From contig JAKPFT010000014.1 of the NCBI GenBank assembly GCA_029551285.1, positions 14,847 through 78,846 on the forward strand: a stretch of DNA of 64,000 nucleotides. The letters run 5' to 3'. Numbering within the stretch: position 1 is the first letter of the stretch; every line of letters starts with the position of its first letter. Below the pieces are notes generated by a model that made no database searches, was not told the origin of the DNA, and saw only the letters and a program-made list of their open reading frames with translations. This DNA comes from a bacterium (lineage in GTDB: Bacteria > Ratteibacteria > UBA8468 > B48-G9 > DSTR01). Below, piece by piece: positions 58,330 through 64,000 of the stretch. Position numbers and translations under genes: made by a program.

Positions 58330-59918
58330 GGTTTCTCCTCCTTCAGCCCCACAAACTGCTTCAGGTCAAAATCTTCACTGGCAAATTGTGACTGGCTCAC
58401 CACCAGTTTCCGGCGCAGTATCTCCCTGAGCCAGACCAGGTCTTCTGTTTTCCCCACGCCGGAGACAGCCACCAGTCTATTCTGAAGAAAGTATCCGCAA
58501 AGAAACTCCCCTGCTGCCGGGTAACCACGGGTAACAACAGTGTCAAACTTACTGCCATAGCCCACATACCGAAAAGTCACCTGGTACTGTCTGGTCCAGA
58601 AAAAAGGCACCCAAGGTTCTCCAGGAGAAAGACCCAGCATCGCTCTGGCAGCTTCCTGGCCCTGCCGCTGGGCTTCAGCCCAGTGCTCCATCCGGCGGTA
58701 ACATCCATCAAAAGGGTCTAACATCCTGGCCAGGTCACCCGCGGCAAAAATGTCGGGGTCAGCCGTTTTCTGCCGCTGGTCAACAATAACGCCTTCAGCC
58801 GTGGCTAGCCCGGTCCCTTCAAGGTAGTTTAAGTCTATTTCTACGCCGACACCCGCGACCACGATGTCGGCTTCAATCTTTTCTCCGTTAGAAAGGTGGA
58901 CCTGCTCCACCCTGTTTTTTCCGGAAAAACTTACCCGGCATTCAGGATGGAAGAAAACACCGTTTTTCCGGTGCAACTTCAGGAAGTATTCGCCGGCTTC
59001 CCGACCCAGAATTCTGACTAAGGGAATAACTTCGGGAGTTACCAGATGAACTTCTATTCCTTTCTCTCTCAGGGTAGCCGCCACTTCCAGACCAAGAAAG
59101 CCAGAACCCACGACCACTGCCTTTCTGACTTCAGCCAGCCGTTGCCGGATAACCCTGGCCTCAGCCAGCCGGCGCAGGTAAAAAACTCCAGGTAGCTCCG
59201 CTCCAGGTGCCGACAATTTTCTCGGCCGAGCACCGGTAGCCAGGAGAAGTTTCTCATAACATAGTTGCTGTCCGCCCTCAAGTATGAGTTTTTTCTCCTT
59301 TCTTTGTACCCTGACCACCGACCGGCCAGGGAGCAGTTCCATACCGTCGGCTTCATAGTCAGCCGCCTGACGCAAAAGTATATCCTCGTCCAGCCGTTGC
59401 CCCAAAAGATAGGCTTTGGTTAAGGATGGCCGGTCATAGGGCAGATCTGTCTCCTCACTGACCAAAATTATCCGGCCAGTATATCCCTCCTGGCGAAGCT
59501 GGCTGGCCGCCGCCACAGCGGCGGCCCCCGCTCCAGCAACCACAAAACAGCGGCTTTCATCAATTCTGATGGACTTCTTTGGAACCGAACTTTGCCGGAG
59601 AAAAACCTTTCCGTTTTCCACCTTAACCTGGAAGGTTTCCAGACCGGCCAGTGCCGGCGGTCGCCAGCGCTGTCCGGTTTTAGCCTCAAAACTGGCCAGG
59701 TGCCAGGGGCAGACCAGCCGGTCCTGGCAAACCACGGATTTCTCCAGCGACATTCCATAATGCGGACACCGGTTACCGTAAGCGTAAACAGAATGTCCGG
59801 TCCGTATCAGAAGCACCGAACGGTGGCCGGCTCTAACCGCGACCGGTTTCCCTTCCGGTAAACTTTCCACACTTACCGTCTCCAGCCATACTTGCTCGGC
59901 CGCTTTTTCCTCACCCAT
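58326..59918 (-). CDS. Rieske [2Fe-2S] domain fused to FAD/NAD(P)-dependent pyridine-nucleotide-disulfide-type reductase (AIF-like architecture)
   Basis: Rieske ligands CPHYG...CPWH. Rossmann FAD motif FVVAGAGAAAVAAA. Second dinucleotide motif VVGSGFLGLEVAA. Reductase C-terminal domain. Confidence 0.78.
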   Translation of the reverse strand: MGEEKAAEQVWLETVSVESLPEGKPVAVRAGHRSVLLIRTGHSVYAYGNRCPHYGMSLEKSVVCQDRLVCPWHLASFEAKTGQRWRPPALAGLETFQVKVENGKVFLRQSSVPKKSIRIDESRCFVVAGAGAAAVAAASQLRQEGYTGRIILVSEETDLPYDRPSLTKAYLLGQRLDEDILLRQAADYEADGMELLPGRSVVRVQRKEKKLILEGGQQLCYEKLLLATGARPRKLSAPGAELPGVFYLRRLAEARVIRQRLAEVRKAVVVGSGFLGLEVAATLREKGIEVHLVTPEVIPLVRILGREAGEYFLKLHRKNGVFFHPECRVSFSGKNRVEQVHLSNGEKIEADIVVAGVGVEIDLNYLEGTGLATAEGVIVDQRQKTADPDIFAAGDLARMLDPFDGCYRRMEHWAEAQRQGQEAARAMLGLSPGEPWVPFFWTRQYQVTFRYVGYGSKFDTVVTRGYPAAGEFLCGYFLQNRLVAVSGVGKTEDLVWLREILRRKLVVSQSQFASEDFDLKQFVGLKEEKP

Positions 59919-61011
59919 ACTCCTCCACCAGGTCCCTGACCAGTCTTATTCTGGACCATTCCGCGTCAGGCGGTACCTGGTCCGCCACTCCCAGCACAAA
60001 GGGCCAGCCACGCGGGAATGTCTTCAACACCTGTTTCACATAAGCGACAAAAAACTCCTCACTGTACCGGGGTGAGAAAAACACGCCCGGAAGACCTCCC
60101 CAGATTACTTTCTTTCCGGAAACCATCTGCTCTATTTCTTCAAGCGTCATATCACCAGCCGGCTCCGGCGTTACCGCTTCAATACCGTCCAGACTGGTGG
60201 TCAGCAAAAGCGGTAAAGAAGCTCTCAGGGTACCGTCATTATGAAGAATGACATACTTACCGGTCCGGTGCAACTGACTGACCCTCTTTTCCCAGTAAGC
60301 AAGTTCATACTTTTCCATCAGAAACCTTCCGGTAATCTGACCGCTCAGGTTCTCTGGCAGACAGAAGAGAAGCGCCGGGGAAGCAGCCAGTATCTCAAAG
60401 ATGGGTTCATCGCTGGCCTGCACTTCCTCAATTGTCAGCTCCACTTCTCCCCTGGCAATCTGCAACAACTCAATGGTGGTGGTTACCCCGGCCCACCTGG
60501 TTAACAAAGTCTGAAGTGTGGAGGTGCAGCATGGTGCAGTGGCACAGGGAATTCCCCACCCGTTCCAGAGATTATCAATCTTCTCAAACTCAACGTAAGC
60601 AGGCTGAAAGTGGCGGTGGTTGAAAAAATAACGCATTACCTTTAAGTCTTCCGGTTTTTTAACAAAGTGCTCCACATAGGCGCTGGTGCCGGAGCCCGGC
60701 AATCTTTGCTGAAGAGAACGGACAGTGCCCACCGGTGTCGTAATGGTGGTAACGCCAACCAGCCCTTCCTGCTTACTTTCCACTTTCACTGACTCATCAA
60801 AAGACTGCTGGTAAAGGCAGGGGGCATAAAGATAAATACCGCAACCTGCTTCCTGATGAAATTTCAGGTAACCGGTTTCTCCCTGCCACCGTTCCGGTAA
60901 ATTCCCTTTTTCCTTCCGGGTGTTATACCACCAGGAGAGGTCTCCAAACCAGGGCGTTCGGTCAGGTACTTCCCGTCTAAAAACAGCCAGCACCCTTTCT
61001 CTCTCTGTCAT
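59911..61011 (-). CDS. Uroporphyrinogen-decarboxylase-family (MtaA-like) protein
   Basis: N-terminus ERVLAVFRREVPDRTPW is MtaA-like. About 366 aa (beta/alpha)8 size. 8-nt overlap with the downstream Rieske/FAD gene. Confidence 0.55.
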   Translation of the reverse strand: MTERERVLAVFRREVPDRTPWFGDLSWWYNTRKEKGNLPERWQGETGYLKFHQEAGCGIYLYAPCLYQQSFDESVKVESKQEGLVGVTTITTPVGTVRSLQQRLPGSGTSAYVEHFVKKPEDLKVMRYFFNHRHFQPAYVEFEKIDNLWNGWGIPCATAPCCTSTLQTLLTRWAGVTTTIELLQIARGEVELTIEEVQASDEPIFEILAASPALLFCLPENLSGQITGRFLMEKYELAYWEKRVSQLHRTGKYVILHNDGTLRASLPLLLTTSLDGIEAVTPEPAGDMTLEEIEQMVSGKKVIWGGLPGVFFSPRYSEEFFVAYVKQVLKTFPRGWPFVLGVADQVPPDAEWSRIRLVRDLVEEYG

Positions 61012-61095
61012 GGCAACTCACAAGTTTTCTTTCTCAGTATAACACATCTCAGAAGTGCCTGCTTTTCTTATTAGTGCCCTCCAGGTTATAATTTC

Positions 61096-61743
61096 TTGAT
61101 GAAACCGGGTGAACTACTCCTGGCAGCGGTGTTGCTTTCTGCCTTTCTTTTTCTGGCAGCCACCTGCCCTGGTGCGGAAAAAAAACTTCAGCCTTCACCC
61201 GCGGGAGCGGTTGTTTCTCCCCCTGCCCTCACCAGAGAGGATTGCAATAACGAAACCAGTATTGCCGGCTTCGTTCACTGGTTCATCCTGTACGACAGCA
61301 CTGTCCGGGTTATCGGCCAGAAAGAGGCCAACCTTCTTTTTGAATCCGGCTATCTGCCTGAGGTCATGGTGGGTGACGACCCGGCTCACTACAGCAAGAA
61401 GTTCCGCAGCCTGGCTGAATGGTTTGCCATTAAAATACTGCTGGACCTTCAGTCCTTGAAAAAAGCCAGCCAGAACGGGTTTGCTGTCTTTCTGAGTCGT
61501 CTCAACCGCCGGGCCGCCAGAGCGCTGGCCAGCGCCGGGGAGACCGCAGCCCGCTACGGCCTTACCGGAAACCCTTTTGAGGCAAGGCAAATGGAGAAAA
61601 TTCCTTCAGGCTGGCGCCAGGACAAGTTTAAGAAAGACCTGCTGGAAGTCAATCTTCTGACTGCTGAGTTGAAAATTCTGGGCTGGGTTTACCATCTCTG
61701 GTTTGGGGGCTGGTACGGCCAGTCCTCTCCAGGCAATTATTAG
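61096..61743 (+). CDS. Secreted/lipoprotein-like hypothetical protein
   Basis: Signal MMKPGELLLAAVLLSAFLFLAATC (possible lipobox). 215 aa. Confidence 0.4.
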   Translation: MMKPGELLLAAVLLSAFLFLAATCPGAEKKLQPSPAGAVVSPPALTREDCNNETSIAGFVHWFILYDSTVRVIGQKEANLLFESGYLPEVMVGDDPAHYSKKFRSLAEWFAIKILLDLQSLKKASQNGFAVFLSRLNRRAARALASAGETAARYGLTGNPFEARQMEKIPSGWRQDKFKKDLLEVNLLTAELKILGWVYHLWFGGWYGQSSPGNY

Positions 61744-61781
61744 AAGATTGGAGCGTTCGCTCCTGTGCTATAATAAGCGCC

Positions 61782-63014
61782 ATGGAAAAGAAAAATTACG
61801 TCCTGGAACCGGGAAGGAAAATACCTGTCCGGGAAAAAGTTGATGTTCTGGTGGCTGGTGGCGGCCCGGCCGGCATTGCCGCGGCTATCTCAGCGGCCAG
61901 GCTGGGTGTCAGAACGATGCTGGTAGAGCGTTATGGCTACTTAGGCGGAATGATTACCGGTTCTCATGTGGTCTGGGTGCTGGGCGTGGGTGATGGCTAT
62001 CACCCCAAGGCCCGCGGTATCATCCAGGAAATCAGGCAGCGGCTGGAGCCCCTGGAGGCTGTCACCCCGGGTAACGAGTGCGGCGATTATGCCGTGGATG
62101 CCGAAGTCTTCAAGTGGCAGGCTGCAGAAATGATTGAGGAATCCGGCGGACAGATTCTCCTGCACACCCTGGCTTGTCAGCCAATCCTGCAGGGAAACCG
62201 GGTCTGCGGTTTATATACTGAAAGCAAGAGTGGTCGTCAGGCGATTTTAGCCTCGGTGGTGGTTGACTGTACGGCAGACGCGGATATTGCCTATCGCGGC
62301 GGCTGCCCATGTGATAACCAGACTCACGATGTTACCCTGCGGATAGTCCTGGAAGGGGTGGACGAGAGGAAGGTCAAATCTTTTGCCGCTGAAGAACCCA
62401 GGCGTTACCAGGAGATAATTGAGAAGGCAACATCGCTCAATGGCGGAGTGTTGCCCAACCAGACCCGGTACCTGAAAAACATTGATGTCACTGATGCCAC
62501 CAGCCTCTCCCGAACCGAAATTCAGGTGCGGAAGGAGTGTTTCACCGCCCTGTATTTTCTGAGAAAAAACCTCCCTGGCTGGGAAAAGGTTAGAGTCAGA
62601 GAAACAGGACCCCAGTTGGGTGTCAGGCAGAGCCGCCGGATTCACGGAGAATACCGGTTAACTGACGAAGACCTGCGCACAAGCCGCCACTTTCCTGACA
62701 CTGTTGCCCGGTTAGGCGTTTATCTGGCCGCCAATTACGTTCTTTACGAACCAAAAGGGCTGGACTATGACATCCCTTACCGCTGTCTGGTCCCCCTGGA
62801 AATTGATGGGCTGCTGGTGGCTGGCCGGTGTGTTTCCGCAGATTATGCTGCGGCCAATTCCATGCGGCTCATTGTTCCCTGCCTGGCAACCGGTCAGGCG
62901 GCGGGAGTTGCCGCGGCGATATCAGTCAGGGAAAAAATCCAACCCCGGAAACTAACTCCCGCGAAAATCCAGACCGCTTTGAAGAAGCAAGGGGTTTACC
63001 TGGGAACGGATTGA
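61782..63014 (+). CDS. FAD-dependent oxidoreductase (FAD_oxidored-like family)
   Basis: Rossmann motif VDVLVAGGGPAGIAAAISAARLG. About 410 aa. Confidence 0.72.
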   Translation: MEKKNYVLEPGRKIPVREKVDVLVAGGGPAGIAAAISAARLGVRTMLVERYGYLGGMITGSHVVWVLGVGDGYHPKARGIIQEIRQRLEPLEAVTPGNECGDYAVDAEVFKWQAAEMIEESGGQILLHTLACQPILQGNRVCGLYTESKSGRQAILASVVVDCTADADIAYRGGCPCDNQTHDVTLRIVLEGVDERKVKSFAAEEPRRYQEIIEKATSLNGGVLPNQTRYLKNIDVTDATSLSRTEIQVRKECFTALYFLRKNLPGWEKVRVRETGPQLGVRQSRRIHGEYRLTDEDLRTSRHFPDTVARLGVYLAANYVLYEPKGLDYDIPYRCLVPLEIDGLLVAGRCVSADYAAANSMRLIVPCLATGQAAGVAAAISVREKIQPRKLTPAKIQTALKKQGVYLGTD

Positions 63015-63080
63015 AATTAGCGTTTCCCGCTCTGAACCTTTCTGCTCCACCCCGAAAATCAAAGACGGGTCATTTCTATT

Positions 63081-63677
63081 TTGATTGACGTTAAGGCCGC
63101 TGGAGAATATTATAAGACTATCAGAAAACTGCCTGAAGAATTTCAAAAATTGCCGCAAATTGAAAACGATTTCAAGAGACGGCTCTATTTTGTTGGCATC
63201 CTGACGAAATACCTGCTGTTAGAGGGAATAAGACCGGTGGTGGTCGGAGGGCACGCGGTGGAATTCTACACTCTGGGGGCTTATACTACCGGCGACCTTG
63301 ATATCGTCTGTCCGGAGCAGGAAGAAATAGAACATCTGCTGCCAGCCTGGGGTTTCCAAAAAGTCGGCCGACTATGGGTAAATGTGGAATACGATATTGA
63401 ACTTGATATTGTCAGCAGTTCGCTGAAGGAAGCAGTCTCATCAAGAATTTCGGAAATCAGCGTGGCTGATTTAAAGGTCTTCCTGATTGGTGTGGAAGAC
63501 TTAATCATTGACCGCCTCAATGCCGCGGTCTTTTGGAAATCAGAAGAAGATGCACGATGGGCTGAACAATTCTGGAAACTCCACCAGCAGGAGATTGACC
63601 AGGATTATCTCATTGAGAGAGCAAAGGAGGAAGGCGTGGTTGAAATACTGGAGAAGATAAAAAATGAGAAAATATGA
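63081..63677 (+). CDS. Nucleotidyltransferase-fold protein (minimal NTase motif plus helical C-terminal domain)
   Basis: VVVGGHAVEFYTLGAYTTGDLDIV fits the G[GS]x9-13Dx[DE] NTase signature. Helical C-terminus. Confidence 0.4.
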   Translation: MIDVKAAGEYYKTIRKLPEEFQKLPQIENDFKRRLYFVGILTKYLLLEGIRPVVVGGHAVEFYTLGAYTTGDLDIVCPEQEEIEHLLPAWGFQKVGRLWVNVEYDIELDIVSSSLKEAVSSRISEISVADLKVFLIGVEDLIIDRLNAAVFWKSEEDARWAEQFWKLHQQEIDQDYLIERAKEEGVVEILEKIKNEKI

Positions 63678-63885
63678 CTTTGACCGCTATCGAGAAGAGA
63701 ATCTGACTGCCTTTATCCTTAACCGCGCCACTTCCAGCAGCCACAGAACCATCCGAAGAAAACCGAGGCCTCCCGAAGAATGGAGTGTCTTTTTTCTCCT
63801 GACAAAAGCGAGATGGGAGCGATGGCAGAAAGAGGGTCTGATTAAAAAAACCGGGCCAGGAAAATACAGTCTGAAACTTTTCTGA
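63664..63885 (+). CDS. Small basic protein with possible winged-helix region, overlapping the NTase gene end
   Basis: 73 aa; ...FFLLTKARWERWQKEGLIKKTGPGKYSL resembles a winged-helix/AbiEi-N-like turn. The 14-nt overlap suggests coupling. Confidence 0.3.
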   Translation: MRKYDFDRYREENLTAFILNRATSSSHRTIRRKPRPPEEWSVFFLLTKARWERWQKEGLIKKTGPGKYSLKLF

Positions 63886-64000
63886 GATTCCACCAAGACC
63901 AGAAAAAATCTTAACCTGCCCGGTTTGTTGTAAAGAGCAAACACATCCGGTAACGGTGCCGGTCGCGGCTGCCTTTTCCTTTTTTCCACCCCCATCCCGT

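Noticed and set aside
1-64000. CRISPR arrays, rRNA genes, integrases/transposases, prophage blocks
   Set aside because: No regularly spaced direct repeats, no rRNA-like conserved stretches, and no recombinase-like ORFs were seen on either strand.

Overview
This 64 kb window looks like bacterial chromosomal DNA, densely coding on both strands with frequent 4-20 nt start/stop overlaps, which suggests translationally coupled operons. TGA is used as an ordinary stop codon (smpB, amidase and others). The sequence looks moderately GC-rich by eye; I did not compute it.

Core metabolism and housekeeping genes:
- glyQ, then smpB followed by a tmRNA gene (ssrA)
- cell-wall amidase, murI, queD
- purC, a tandem-PurS gene, purL, purQ
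- argB, argD, argF, followed by an M24 peptidase
- trpE and trpG
- iorA and iorB (indolepyruvate:ferredoxin oxidoreductase)
- two phenylacetate-CoA-ligase/ACT-domain modules flanking a sodium:solute symporter, then a porin-like outer-membrane protein
- a degenerate PriA homolog

Envelope and accessory modules:
- a >1389-aa M28-like/FtsX-like membrane protein that runs off the window start. It is absent from the ORF track because it has no in-window stop.
- a putative minus-strand operon: PKD/TPR protein, SH3-like protein, small HTH protein, TlpA-CcmH-like fusion, ABC-2 exporter
- hicB-hicA next to a low-GC non-coding stretch
- DegT aminotransferase, a homocysteine-S-methyltransferase-domain protein, a histone-deacetylase-family hydrolase, and URO-D/MtaA-like proteins
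- a long Bat/aerotolerance-like operon: double-DUF4159 protein, MoxR ATPase, DUF58, two BatA-N/VWA membrane proteins, a 912-aa coiled-coil membrane protein, a secreted protein
- a Rieske/FAD fusion reductase in one operon with trpE-trpG and a URO-D-like protein

RNA genes: tRNA-Leu(GAG) at 4959-5040 (-) and tmRNA at about 6549-6899 (+). I recognised no CRISPR array, rRNA, integrase or transposase.

Observations most worth a second look:
1. An in-frame TGA at a conserved Trp codon splits the second paaK.
2. The PriA homolog has degenerate Walker A and arginine-finger motifs.
3. The giant protein fuses a probably non-catalytic M28-like domain to a permease.
4. The URO-D-like, Rieske/FAD, trpE, trpG genes form an overlapping operon.
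5. The Bat-like operon carries a tandem DUF4159 protein.
6. PurS is a fused duplicate.
7. The TlpA-CcmH-like fusion sits in an ABC-2 exporter operon.
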